This document shows, piece by piece, positions 1 through 15,672 of a stretch of 64,000 nt of DNA (position 1 is the stretch's first letter; each line of letters opens with the position of its first letter). The stretch comes from the human T2T-CHM13v2.0 reference genome, Homo sapiens, in assembly GCF_009914755.1 (NCBI RefSeq), contig NC_060929.1. The stretch is one strand, 5' to 3'. The notes beneath the pieces were generated by a model. It did no database searches. It had not been told where the DNA came from and saw nothing but the letters and a program-made list of their open reading frames with translations. A program made the translations under genes and the position numbers.

Positions 1-2430
<2,430 letters not shown>

Positions 2431-2493
2431 CATTATGCTATTTGGTTATTTTGCACACTAGTTGATGCAGTTTCTTCATAGTGTCATCAGTCT

Positions 2494-3516
2494 TTATATT
2501 TTGGTGTGTTTTTGCAGTGACTGTTACCAGTTTTTCCTTTTCATATTTAGTGCTTCTTTCAGGAGCTCTTGCAGGGCAGGCCTGGTGGTAACAAAATCCC
2601 TCAGCACTTGCATGTCTGGAAAGGGTTTTATTTCCCTTTCGCTTATGAAGCTTAGTTTGGCCGGATAGGAAATTCTGGGTTGAAAATTCTTTTCTTTAAG
2701 AATGTTGAATGTTGGCCCCCCATCTCTTCTGGCTTGTAGAGTTTCTCCAAGAGGTCTGCTGTTAGTCTGATGGGCTTTCCTTTGTAGGTGACCTGGCCTT
2801 TCTCTCTGGTTGCCCTTAACAGTTTTTCCTTCATTTCAACCTTGGAGAATCTGATGATTATGTGCCCTGGGGTTGATCTTCTCATGGAGTATTTTAATGG
2901 TGTTCTCTGTATTTCCTGAATTTGCATGTTGGCCTATCTTCCTAGGTTGGGGAGGTTCTCTTGCATAATATCCTGAAGTGTGTTTTCTAGCTGGTTTCCA
3001 TTCTCCCCATATCCTTCTGGTACTCCAATCAATCGTAGGTTCAGTCTTTTTATGAAGTCCCATATTTCTTGGAGGCTTTCTTCATTCCTTTTCATTCCTT
3101 TTTCTCTATTCTTTTCTGCACATCTTATTTCAGTAAGGTGGTCTTGAAACTCTGATATCCTTTCTTGCACTTGGTCTATTCAGCTGTTGATACTTGTATA
3201 TTCTTCACAAAGTTCTCGAGCTGTGTTTTTCAGCTCCATCAGGTCATTTATGTTCCTCTCTAAGCTGGTTATTCTGGTTAGCAATTCCTCTAACGTTTTG
3301 TCAAGGTTCTTATCTTCTTTGCACTGAGTTAGAACATGCTCCTTTAGCTCAGTGTAGTTTGTTATTACCCATCTTCTGAAGCCTATTTCTGTCAATTCGT
3401 CCATTGGATTCTCCTCCAGTTCTGGGCCCTTGATGGAGAGACATTGTGATCATTTGGAGGAGAAGAGGAACTCTGGTCTTTTGGGTTTTCAGCATTTTTT
3501 CGTGATTCTTTCTCAT
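2494..3516 (-). pseudogene. L1 ORF1p remnant (frameshifted)
   Basis: Fragments such as LEELLTRITSLERNINDLMELKNTAREL, RLNLRLIGVPE and HIIIRFSKVEMKEK lie in different frames. ATG at about 3516, TAA at about 2494. Confidence 0.9.
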
Positions 3517-4970
3517 CTTCATGAGTTTGTGTAGTTTGGTCTTTGAGGCTGCTTACCCTTGGATGGGGTTTTTGTGGGGGCCTTTTTTGCTATTGTTGTT
3601 GATGCCATTGTTGTCGCTTTCTGCTTGTTTCCTTTTCTTTCAATAGTCAGGTCTCTCTTCTGTAGGGCTGCTGCAGTTTGCTGGGGGTTCACTTCAGGCC
3701 TTATTCATCTGATTCACTCACATGCCTGGAGATGTCACTCAAGGAGGCTGGAAAACAGCAAAGATGGGTGCCTGCTGCTTCTTCTGGGACCTCTAACCTT
3801 GAGGGACACCAGCCTGATGCCAATAGGATCGCTCCTGTATAAGGTGCCTGACAGCCCCTATTGGAGGGTCTCACCCAGTTTGGTCGCACAGAGAGCAGGA
3901 CCCATTTAACGAAGCACTTTGTCCCTTGGTGGAGAGAGTGTGTTTCGCTGGGGGGAAACCCACTCATCTGGGCTGCCCAGATTCCTCAGAACTACTAGGA
4001 GGAGAGGCTAAGCCTGCTGGTCCACAGAAACTGAGGCCACCCCTACCTCTAGGGGTTCAAGCCCAGGGAGATACAAATTCTGTCCCTGAGCCTCTGGCTA
4101 GAGTTATTGGAGATTCTGCAGGGAAGACCTGCCCAGTGAGGAAGGATGGGTTAGGTTTAGGCCTGAAGAGGCACTCTGGTTGAATACTGCCACAGCCAGT
4201 GTGTTGGGCTGTGGGGACAAGTCTTAGGACCAAGCCGTCCAGCCTCCCTGGCTCCAGCAGGGAAAAAGTACACCCTGGAGCTATAGAAATGGGCACCATC
4301 CTTCCCCCACCAAGGCAGCTTAGCATGTTAGGCAGTTGCCAGTCCCAGTGCTGGCTGCTGCCCCTCCCCCAAGGAGCTCAAATGGCTTAGACAGCAGGCA
4401 GCCACACCCAGTGCTGGTCGCCCCTCCCCCCGGGAATTCGGTGGGCTTCAGCAGATTCCCACTGAGAGGCTGTCAGAATCTGTGCATTCCAAGGTTGGGA
4501 TGCTAGGCCCAGGAAGCATAGGTTTGCGAGTGGGATCTTCCGATCCATGGATTGCACAGTTCCGTGGAAAAAAGCACAGTTTCCCTGGGTGGGTAGCAGG
4601 CTCACTCACTGCTTTTCTTGGTTGGGGGCAGGGGGTTCCCCTTCCCCGTGTGGCTTTCAGATGGGCAGCCACACCACACTGCCCTTCCTTCTCTCCGTGA
4701 GTCACAACGCCTTCTAGTCAATTTTGATGAGAGAACCTGGATATCTTGGTTGCCAGTGAAGGATTCACATGCTTATTCTTTTTTTTTTTTTTTTTTCACT
4801 TTTCATTTTCTAAAGTTAGCATCTCTCTTGTCCCTTATAGTCCTATTAATTTCATACCACATTTATTTTTAAAGACCTAGTCAACAAAACTATTGGGTTT
4901 AGTGAAATAATAAGGCATAGCATTTCATAAACCAGACAAGATATGAGTCACGTCTTTTTTGAAGATTCTT

Positions 4971-4989
4971 ACACACACACACACACACA
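4971..4989 (+). repeat. (CA)n microsatellite
   Basis: acacacacac run seen directly. Confidence 0.9.
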
Positions 4990-5446
4990 CTCCCAGATAC
5001 ACACGCATGCCGCATGCACAAACAAACTTGGAACTACCCTTTCAAGTAGAAGACTAAACACATCAGGGTAACATCCTAAAATTATTGGTATCTTGTTAGT
5101 GTTCCTTCCTTTATTTTTGCATGCCAAAATGAGAGGTAATAAGACAACTGCTATCTCCCATAAAAAGGCTATAAGAACTGGAAAAATGGTGTGTTTATAG
5201 AAAAGTACTCCATAAATTTTAATCGAAATAGTATTCTGCTTCCTAAATCTTAGCAAAAATAAACATTCATTCTTTTGATCTATATTTTTCTTCTTCATGA
5301 AACTGCAGTTTTATCTCTAAAGTTTTGCTTCTGTAGATCACTTAAGTTAAAAACCTGAAGCCATGCCATTCCCTAGAGTTTTTGCAATGTTCAGACATTC
5401 CGACTTCCTAATCAATCTTGCTTACTTGCTGTATAAGAATGTTTGG

Positions 5447-5790
<344 letters not shown>

Positions 5791-6172
5791 TCAGTCATCT
5801 CCCACAGCAACTGATGTAAAGAAATTATTAAACATTTTGTTAATTTCTGCATTCTTTTTTCAACTAATATTCTTTCATTTTTATAATAGCCTATCACTTC
5901 CATACTTCTGATCTTCGACCACATTTATAATTAACTATTCACATTCTTGAGGGATTAGACATACAAATTCTTGGGAAGCCAGTACACAGTGCTCTTTTTA
6001 TCCTCCTAACTGAGCTACAAATAAAAAAAAAATTCTTATAAAAATAAGATTTGGCCCTGGGTTTAGAAGAAACTAAAATAAACAAAATGACATTCAGAGT
6101 GGGTCCACCAAAAAATAATATGTTAGTGTCATCTTGAAAACTTTGGCTTTCCAAATTCTACAAATTGCACAT

Positions 6173-6173
<1 letters not shown>

Positions 6174-6207
<34 letters not shown>
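6174..6207 (+). repeat. (CA)n microsatellite
   Basis: Uninterrupted CA run of about 17 units. Confidence 0.95.
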
Positions 6208-6209
<2 letters not shown>

Positions 6210-6849
6210 ACCCTAACTTTTAAACAGATAATTAAAAGAGGGAAAAATTGACACTAAAATAAAATGTCACTCATATAGTATAGAAAATTGCAAAGCAAAT
6301 CACAAAAATTTATTTTAAAAAATACTGGACTCCTAGTACAATTAAGTGTCCCCTGAGGTTCAGGACAATTGGACCTAGGATAAAAATGACTTATAACAGA
6401 GTTGTTTTAGTACCTTTAACAGTCTACTTAAGCATGGAAGGAGGTGACATGCTCTTACACACTGTTTCCCACCTTTCGCTAAACCCATGAAACAAAGTTT
6501 TAAAAAACTTTTAGAAAAAAATGTTACCCACTAGACTGGCAAAGTAGTAAGAATGCTTACCAAAGTTCAGAGCAGTAAGAAAGGGAAAAGGATTTAACAA
6601 AATGTATCAGGAGCCCAATCCTATTCTCTGTGTGAGTTTAAAATCTAATTCACACCAAGCAAAAATTTATTATAAAAACTAGCCCGGAATCAGAGAAACT
6701 CATGGAGGTCTACTGTAAGCAAATTTAATCCATCCTTTAGCCCTGAGTACCAGTACTTATGGGTCAATAGGAGCTGAAGTTGTAGCTGCTACCAAATGAC
6801 TGCATACAGGGCAACCATGGGAGAGAACCAGCAGGCTCAAGAAGTAGCA

Positions 6850-9410
6850 AATTTTGTACACAAAGGACAAAAAGTATTCTTTTTAATCAGAGAGAAGCTC
6901 TAAATAAGTAAATTTAGAATATTATAAGAAAGAAAGGAATAAAATAGAGAAATAATAAAGTGTCTCCATAGTAATAGGAAAATGTAAAAAAAGACTAGAA
7001 ACTGGTTAAAATGGAATGTTTAAAAAAGAGAAATACATACGTGTGTCAGGGATCCCCAAGACCACCCTCAGGCTTGGTGATTTACTTGAAGTATTTACAG
7101 GACTCAGAAAAGCCACTACACTTTTGGTTACAGTTTAATACAGCAAAAGAATACAGATTAAAAGCAGTAAGAGAAAAAGGCACACAGGGTGAAGTCCAGG
7201 AGGCACCAGGCACATACTTCTATGTGTCTTTTCCCAGTGGAGTTACACAAACCTGTTTAATTATGCCAACAATAATGTGTAATGACACGTGTGAGGTGTT
7301 GTCAGTCAGGAAAGCTCACCTGAGTCTTGTGTCCAAGGTGTTTATTGGGGGTCAGTGATGTAGGCATGTAGTCACATAAGCACCTCAGCTACTCAGATTC
7401 CAGCCCTGCAGAGCAAAAACAGGTGCTTGACATAAACCACAGTGTTAGCATAAACTATCTGATCAAATTGTGTCCCTTGCCTCAGGCACACAAAAGCTAT
7501 CAGGCAGAATATTCCAAAGATTCAGAGTTCATCTCCAAGGAGCTGTCCAAGAGCAGGTTCTGAAGACAATTCCTTTCTGAAGGTGTAAGTTTTGAGCAAC
7601 TCACACCTGCAAGTTAACCCTTTCCTGCACAGATTTATAAAATTTAAAGAAAAAAATATCAGTGAAAAAAACACAAGAATAAGACACAAAGAAAATATAA
7701 ATGGATAAATTGAAAGACAAATCCAAGGACGCCTCCCAGAATTCAGTACAAATTGACAAAGGTAAATACAGAGACATGTGGCCCACAAGGAAGAGCTATG
7801 AAAAGATAAAATAGACAGAATTAGAGAAAGGCTCTCATTGTGCAGAGAGATGCGAAGAACAATAATCTCAGTGTAAGGGAGAGCACCAAGTCGCCAGCAG
7901 AGTAAGAGAAGCAAATTCATATCTAGACCCATCTAAATACTCCTGCAGAATATTATGGAAGAATCTTTAAGCTTACCAGAAAGAAGAGACTCATTATCAA
8001 ACGAGGCAAGATAATTAGACCTCATATTTTACATCAGTAAATGTCAGCTAAGAATAGAATTTTAGAAAAGGAGAATTTTACCCTTCAAATTATATTATTC
8101 CATTGTCTTGGGCATTCTCTGTTGGCCACTTTTAAGAGTTTCCCTGTCTGAGAAATTTATTTATCAAATCTGCAACTCAGATTCCTCACTTATCAAATGG
8201 AAGTAATAGCTGTAGCTTTATAAAATAGAATCCAGACATTTTCAAATACACATAAAGTAATTATGGTTTGGTAGGCCTTTATTAAAAGAAATGCTAAAAG
8301 AGGTGTTTCAACAAGAATTGAAACTAAAAGAAAAGAGAAGAATGTAAGAAATAAATGTATTTTCAAGCTTGTTGGTAAATATAAATAAGTATTGACTATA
8401 AAATATGTTAATGATGAAATGAGGAGGCAATGTTAAAATAAGTTGGAATTAAAATATTAGACAATAGTAATATGAGACAAATCAGACTTAAATAGTTGTA
8501 AGATGTTTATATTACATGAATATTATATAGGAGAGGAGTAAAGACACTGAATAATTTCAAACATCCTTGAGTCAAACAAATTCAAATTTAAGATAAACCA
8601 GTATTTAAAATGTTTAGTGAAATTAATAACCTCTAATCCAGTGGAAAACAGGAAAAGAGAGACAGAATAAAGAAAATTATGTCAATGAAAATGAAGCAAG
8701 AAGAGGAATAAAATAAAAAGGGAGGAGAAGGAGAAGCATCATACAATTAAGCAATTCAACAAAATATATTAAAAATGCAAATTAAGCTGCAACAAATATC
8801 TAAATATGTCAGTAACTACAAAGAATGTTAATGTATTGTCTACCCAAAAAGATAGACTATCACATCTGCTTATAAAAACAATCCAGTTATATGCTACTTA
8901 TGACAGTCACATTTCCCAGTGACGTGGATTTCTGGATTTCACCTATTGTTCTAGCATACTCTTCTTTTTACTCTCAGAAGTTCTGGTTTGGATGATAAAT
9001 GACACACTAAAAGAAGCACTATATAAGGAAGTTGAAAACAAATGTATGCAAAAATAGATTGACAAAATAGATATTTGCCAAAATAATGCTGGTATGGAAA
9101 TATTAATAGCAAAAAAATGGAATTTAAGATTAAAATTATTCATAAAGATAGAGGAACATTTCGTTAAGCTAAAAGGAACAACGCACCAAGGAGATTAAGC
9201 AACCATTAGTTTGTAAGCCTTCTACAACTTAACCCTAAAATGCTGAACGCAAAAAACAACAGAAGTGCAAATAAATAAGCAAACTTATAATAATGGGAGA
9301 TTTGAGTAGTCCTCTCTGAGAAACCAATGGATACATTTTTTAAAGTAATAAAGATAAAGATATTTGAACAACACTCTTATAAACTTAATTTTTATAGAAA
9401 ATGTACACTA
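6850..9410 (+). mobile_element. Ancient L1M (L1ME-like) ORF1/ORF2-EN relic, interrupted by an LTR
   Basis: A-rich sense strand with degenerate EN-coding motifs, e.g. gctggtatggaaatattaatagc (AGVAILIS-like) and ataataatgggagatttgagtagtcctctct (IIMGDLSSPLS). Boundaries approximate. Confidence 0.6.
7044..7631 (-). mobile_element. Solo ERVL-class LTR, MER68/MER77/MER21-like
   Basis: tgtcagggatccccaagaccaccctcagg ... ggaaagctcacctgagtcttgtgtccaaggtgtttattgggggtcag ... gttaaccctttcctgcaca matches this LTR family; TG...CA termini. Confidence 0.75.
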
Positions 9411-9412
9411 TT

Positions 9413-9490
9413 GGCCAGGTGTGGTGCCTTACACCTGTAATCCTAGCACTTTGCCTGAGCTCAGGAGTTTGGCACCAGCCTGGGCAACGT
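9413..9490 (+). mobile_element. Alu left-monomer/FLAM fragment with internal deletion
   Basis: ggccaggtgtggtg..acacctgtaatcctagcactttg joined to cctgagctcaggagttt..accagcctgggcaac. Confidence 0.75.
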
Positions 9491-9654
9491 GTTGACACAG
9501 TCTATTACCATGAACTGCATAATTTTCTAAAATTATTAGCCTTTCCCGGTAAAGACCTCAATAAGGTATTGTACAATCTTCCCTAAACTTGTACAGCATT
9601 AGCATTCTTGGGAAATTGGGTGCACACTATAAAATTTTATTTCTTAGCATAAAT

Positions 9655-9834
9655 CAGTGGTTCTCAAATGTTAGTGTGCAACAAGGAGCTTGATAAAACA
9701 CAGATTGCTTGGTTGGTCTCACCCATGAGTTTTTGATTCAGTACATCTGGAGCAGAGCCCAAAAATCTGCATGTAAAATAAGTTATCAGTTGATGCTGAT
9801 GCTGATGGTCTGAAGGCCACAATTAAGAACCCCT
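9655..9834. mobile_element. MER5A-like hAT-Charlie MITE
   Basis: Termini cagtggttctcaaa ... ttaagaacccct; internal aaaacacagattgct, tgattcagta and aatctgcat motifs. Confidence 0.75.
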
Positions 9835-10510
9835 ACATAGAAAATTTTAATGTATGCTTTTCACATACATGAATGCTTTATGGTTCATTTGGAGGACATG
9901 AAAAACATTCTCAGTTTTGCAGGACTCCCCCATTGTTGCATGAAGTCTATCATCCCTAGCACCATTCCCTAAATGCCAGGGTGGTTAGCTTTCTCACATA
10001 GTAGTTCAGTACTCCAAGCACGGGTGTTCTAAGAGAGAGGAATGGAAGCTATCAGTCTCCTACATCCTAAGCCGGAACCTGTGGAGTCAAAGATGCTGGC
10101 AAGATTCAAGAGGAGAAGTCGATCCCACCCCTCCATGGAAATAGCAGAAAATAAATTGCACTCATCTTTAATCTACCACAATCTACCCTCTCACCACAAA
10201 TTATTCATATTTTCCCATATGCAACATTAATTAACTGCCCCTTCTAAAATCCCCACTCCTCAAGTCTAAAATCTTGTCTCCATCAGGTCCGGGTGCAGAG
10301 GAAACTCCTTAGATAAAGTTTCTCAAGTACAGCTTTCCGAGTACTATTCCTCTCTATGTGAAATCTGCCCGTCACCCACACCTATCATATGATGTTGGGA
10401 CAGAGGTAAGATAACGTCAAGATATTACCAATCTGAAAGGAGAGAATAGAAGGCACACTGCAGTCACTGGTTCATAGCAATTCTGAAATCCATTGAACAC
10501 ATATTGCTAG

Positions 10511-10777
10511 TGTACTATGGACTGAATTGTGTCCCCTGTGAAATTAGGATGTTGAAGCCCTAACCCCTAAAGTGATATGTATTTGGAAATGGGCCTTTGT
10601 TAGACAATTAGGTCATGAGGGTGAATCCCTCATCATGCCACTAGCGCCTTTATAAGAAGAGACATGAGAGAGATCTCATTCTCTGTGTCTCCTCCATCTC
10701 CACCATGTGAGGACATAGCCAAAAGAGGGCCATCTGTAAGCCAGGAAAAGCACACAGCTGAACTGGCCAGTACCTTG
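10511..10777 (+). mobile_element. MLT1A/B-like LTR fragment nested in the MLT1 internal region
   Basis: tatggactgaattgtgtcccc..atgttgaagccctaacccc..tatttggaaatggg..ttataagaagagac..catgtgaggaca..gccatctgtaagccagga. Confidence 0.8.
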
Positions 10778-11662
10778 TAGCTGTAAGTACCATTGTTAAG
10801 GCCTCAGAGGCCATAGATTAGATCAGTGCCTTGAAACCATTTCTTACTTTGATAATATTTTGTTGGAAGAGACTAGGATGAGAAATACCTTTCTTAAAAA
10901 AAAAAAAAAACTGACTGTCCTGAATCCTCTACATATCCTTTAAATTCCCCTCAAAGTTTTAACAGTTCTATTTCTCTCATATGGCTCTTTTCCCTATCTT
11001 TCATATACAGCTAAAATAAACAATAGGCACTTTTGACATCCCACATCAACACTTTATGTGATCCACCAGTTTATTAGATACAATTTTTACTTGCCATGAC
11101 TGCAAACAACAACTTCACTAAACGTTCTGCCACTACCATCACAACAGACATCTGTCTCCAGCTTCCAATAACATTTTCTCCACTGTCCTTGAATCCCTCA
11201 TCAACAGCCTCCTAAAAGTCCCTTCCATTTTAACAAATAGCCTTCTTGGGGCCTTTCCAGTTTCTACTCACTGCCTTGTCATAAAACCAATAATCCATGA
11301 ATTTTAGGTTTTTATTACAGTATCACCAGGTGTTGAGTACCAAAATGTGGGCGCGTTATCTTTGCCAGATAGCAAACCAACCCCAAATGTTAGTGGTTCC
11401 TTCACATACCTATAACCTTGGCAAGGACAGCCAGAAACTGAGCTCCTTTGGGCCTCTCTTCCCATACATTCTCCGAGTCTTCCCACTGGTCTCGCCAGAC
11501 CCCATGTATGTCGAATCAGGGTTCCCCAAGTGAGTGCTCCAAGAAAGAAGGGAAAGCCAGTAGTCTTATAAGACCGAGGCCCAGAAACCAGTACAATATC
11601 TGTTCTGTCAAGCACTTGTAAGGCTCACCCAGATTCAAAGGAGAGAAATAGGGCTCACCTTT

Positions 11663-11963
11663 CTTTTTGTGTGTGTGTGTGAGACAAGGTCTCATCCTGT
11701 TGCCCAGGCTGGAGTGCCGTGGCATGGTGTGATCGTGGCTCACTGCAGCCTCGATTTCCTGGGTTCAGATGTTCTTCCCAACTCAGCCTCCCGAGTAGCT
11801 GGGACAATAGGCACAGCCTGGTTAATTTTTTGTATTTTTAGTAGAGACAAGGTTTCACCACGTTGCGCAGGCTGTTGTCTAATTCCTGGGCTCAAGTGAT
11901 CCTCCCTCTTCGGCCTCCCAAAGTGCTGGGATTACAGCCATGACCCTCTGCCCCAGGCTGGCC
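11663..11963 (-). mobile_element. AluJ-like SINE with (CA)n in its tail
   Basis: Reverse Alu with J diagnostics (gctcactgcagcctcg, ctgggctcaagtgatcctcc); imperfect TSD ctcayctttc. Confidence 0.9.
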
Positions 11964-14900
11964 TCATCTTTCAATGGAAAAAGTAGCAAAGAATTTGTGT
12001 CTGTACCACACCTCCCATCACTAAGACAAACAAAATGCCTTGCCAATTTCAAAACTGCCTCCCAGGGAAGGGAGCACACCCATCAACCTGATTTCAGGAG
12101 AATTAGCATTCCCAAGGACCTGAGGTCTTACATTTCCTTTCTGTGAAGGAGCTGTTATCTCTGGGGAAGTGACCACACCCACAATCAGTCCTAGGGTCCT
12201 GCTAGGGATACTTCTACAGGGGAGAAAGGATTTTGCAAGACTAACAAGTGCTCTTTTCCTCAGGGTTAATTTTTACTGTTCTTGAGGTATTCGAAGGCAA
12301 AAGCTGAAGTGCTTCTATGTTGGCTGACAAATACATTCCTGGCTTATCTCAAGGGAATTCCCAAAGTGAATTTCCTATTTACAAGCTGAATGTCTAGTCC
12401 TATAAATCTTCCTATATTTCTCAGGAAAAAGGTAGGGGGCAGGCTGCTCCGAGCTCTGGGTGGTCTACTATAAACTTCCTTACAGAGGTTATGCTTAAAT
12501 GTTCTTCTTCTTCTGCTCAGCTGGAGTTAGTTGCCTGAGCAATGCTAGGACAAGACAAAATTATTAAAAGCTTCCAGGGATTTAGACAAAAAGAAAGGTG
12601 CTGAGGTCCTAAGCTTCTGAGGAGCCATATCTAATGCCACAGCCCAGGATTGGAGATAATCGGCCATCCTTGCTTGTTGATGGAAAAGAAAAAAAATACT
12701 GAAGAAGATTCTTTAGGTATTCCTGTATGAAGTCTCCTTTAGCAGAAGTCTTTCAAAACTTCTGCTAAAATACAGACTTTATAACCTACATTTCAGTTGT
12801 GTTAACTTTTCCTGAAACTAAGTGTGACCACAGACATTCGTGTAAAGCCAGAAACTTCAGAATTTGGGAGTGTCCCAAATGCAGTACCCTTTTCAAAATG
12901 CATGTGACAAAACACCTTTCTTCCCTGAGCTATGAGCTGGAAGAATTTTCTCAGCCTTCATGTAGGTGAGTAAGCTCTTTTCATTTTTTGGTTGTACCTC
13001 TTTTACTACTTAGAATTTCATTGTTGTGTCCAGTGAGCTATGATTAAATATTGAGGTCAGCTGCCCTCTGCAGACTGGGGTCACTAAGTTAAATCCTGTC
13101 CACTTGCTGGAAATGTGCAAAGTTTCCACTCCAGTTACATATAGCTTCTGTTTGTGACTAGTAAGCACTGAATAAATATTTCTAAGCTGCTTACTAATCC
13201 AGAATTGCATGTTTTTCTGCAGATCTATTTCTTCTTTTCCAGGCCTACTAATTCCACATTAGTGTCTCAGTCAACATATTTCAAGCCATCTCGAATCTAA
13301 TCGCCCCTTGGTGATTCAGGGGACTGAGACACAGGGAGAATGGAAGGTATTGATATTTTGTATCCCTTTGTGTCAGGTCTTCCTTTTCACATTCAGAAGG
13401 ACGCAGCTGAATCCTGAGTGTGGTCTACAAAAACACACAGACGAAAACAATTAGCAATTTTAAGTCAGTTAGAGGTGCAAAGAGAAGTTGTCTATTTGTT
13501 TCTTTAACAAAGAAAAACCTTTGGTTTTCTCTCCTAAGCCCTTAATCATGCTCTAGGCTCTCCCAAGCACCAGGTTGTCACTCATGAACACAAACTACAA
13601 TGACTGATTTTCTTAGACTTGTTTGGTTCTTGTAAAGTAGCCAATAAACTAATTGCATGAAAAATGACATGTTAAATTATCTCTACTTTTTTGGAAAAAC
13701 AGCAGATTGATTTTTTTTTTTTAAGCCAAGCAGAGATGAGGCATTTTCTAGAAAGGCACAAGTTTTAATTATAAATTAATGCACAGGAATTTTATCTGTG
13801 CCAACTTGAGCTTGGAAGAAAATAGTATAGAATTACTTGTCTCTTTGTGCAGGTCATGTTACAGTGCTTCTCAAAGACTGATCCAATATTCAGTGTGTTG
13901 TACAGTAACATCTACAGTGAGAAAGGGGGAATAAAAGCTGAGCTGGTCAAATGCAATGTCCTCTTTCATGAGGTCAGCCAATAGGAATTTTAACAGCTAA
14001 TATTCTAGACAGTGGGAATGCAGTAGAGGCTTTTTCCCTTCTTTCCCAGGAGAAAAAATAAATATCAAGGCAGTCATTTTGAAATCCAGAAAAATCACAC
14101 TTGGAAACACAAAATAAACTATCCTCAACCCTCAGATTCTATCATTTGATGTATTATCTCCTTGAGAGTCCAAATAAAGTGAGACATTAGCTTTACATGG
14201 TTTCATTCTGATTTCTAACAGGACCCCAATTAGAGGTAACTTGCTGTTTAGATTAAGGTTTGTTGTATAACTTTTAAAGTTCAATATCACTTATAAATAA
14301 TTTCTATCCCCTTAGATTACCTTTCAGCAACCTGGCTTTTATTATCCTTTTCTCCTATTCAAGTAAGTTTTTGTGAAGTCAAACCTAGATGCTTTTCTGA
14401 ATTATAGATTTCACACCTGACATACTTTGCACACATGTGTCTGTTCCCATTCTTCCTCCTTTAAAAGCCCAACTCATCCTCTTGCCTGAGGAAATAGAGC
14501 TGAAATGTAAGGATCTTCAAAACCGTTGCACAATCAACCAACTTTTCTGCACAAGCTGTGTCTACTGCCCTTGCTGCCTATTCTGTTTGGAAGCAAGAGA
14601 ATAACAGAAGAAACAAGTGACCAAAGAATGAATAACATGTCCAGCCTTTTGTATTACTCCTGATATCATAATAAGACATTGTGTGTTTTATTCACATGGA
14701 TCTTGGCCATATATTGAGTACAGTGAAAGCTCACTGGCTTCAATGTACACTAGACCAGGCAAAGAGCAAATAGTGGCACCAAAGCCATCCCTACCGCCCA
14801 TCCCATGCCCCTTCTGAGCAACACCTGAAAACCTCTGTAGCATATTCCTGTAAATTCTACCAGGTAGTTAACATCTGCTAAAAAATGTTCTCTTCTAAAT

Positions 14901-14989
14901 TGTTGATGCTTATAGACAATTTCAGAAATTCATTTTAATAAAAGCATTCTCCCTGTAATAGTGGTACACAATTTTATGGCACTAACCAG

Positions 14990-15186
14990 GTACCAGGTTC
15001 TTCACATACACAAACTCATTTGAACCTCACCACATTGCTGTAAAGTAGGTATGAGTCCCCTCTCAAGTTATGGTACAAATGAGGAAATTGAGTTACACAG
15101 GTATGCAATAAACAACAGAGCTTAGGTTTGAATTCAAGATGTCTTGATTTCAGGTCCATGCTCTTAACAGCCACACTGTGCTGCCT
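14990..15186 (-). mobile_element. MIR SINE
   Basis: actcatttgaacctcac..acaaatgaggaaattgag..ggtttgaattcaag..ccatgctcttaac core. Confidence 0.7.
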
Positions 15187-15189
15187 GTC

Positions 15190-15208
15190 TGGCCACCAGA
15201 GGTCAGCT
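15190..15208 (+). promoter_or_regulatory. Candidate CTCF site
   Basis: TGGCCACCAGAGGTCAGC has one mismatch to the CCASYAGRKGGCRSY core. Motif match only. Confidence 0.3.
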
Positions 15209-15509
15209 TCCCTGAAGGAATTAGTATTTGACTGAGGTGTGGTGCTTTCCACAGGGAAGCAGAGAAGATTTTTGGGGAATCCCATAGTGTTTTTAGCATC
15301 AGTGTTGTACACAAAAGGAGTACACTAACAACAGATGAAACAACACAAATATCTTTTGACTGAGAAAGTTATGGCTACCCAGCTCTGCTGAGGCTTATTT
15401 GTGCTAGAAAGACACATAAAACTTACCCATGAATATTGAAGATTTGAAGGCACGAAGGGGATACCCAGATAACAAAAGACCAGAGCTATACATATATGTC
15501 TTCTGCTGT

Positions 15510-15640
15510 TCATCAAGTTAATTCTCCAAACATTTATTAAGCATCTATTATGCATAGCATAATTAAGCATCTATTGTACATGAGACACTAGACTAACAGG
15601 GGGATGCAAAGATGAATGCCATTTGTTTGGAGGCTGGAGT
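15510..15640 (-). mobile_element. L2 3' end fragment
   Basis: aaacatttattaagcatctattatg..gggatgcaaagatgaat, typical L2 tail. Confidence 0.55.
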
Positions 15641-15672
15641 GGACATGCCTCATTATTTGATTCAACTTGTAG

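Larger units (their letters stand above)
9981..12010 (-). mobile_element. Degenerate MLT1 (MaLR) LTR-internal-LTR element with nested insertions
   Basis: Two LTR-like ends (...agattcaagagg...tctaccaca at 10180 and ...agattcaaagg...tgtaccaca at 12010) flank MaLR-internal-like sequence ending gtaccaaaat at about 11346. Confidence 0.55.

Noticed and set aside
3559-4872. Many short ORFs on both strands in a GC-richer block; possible CpG-island promoter
   Set aside because: This is the L1 5'UTR, with CpGs largely decayed.
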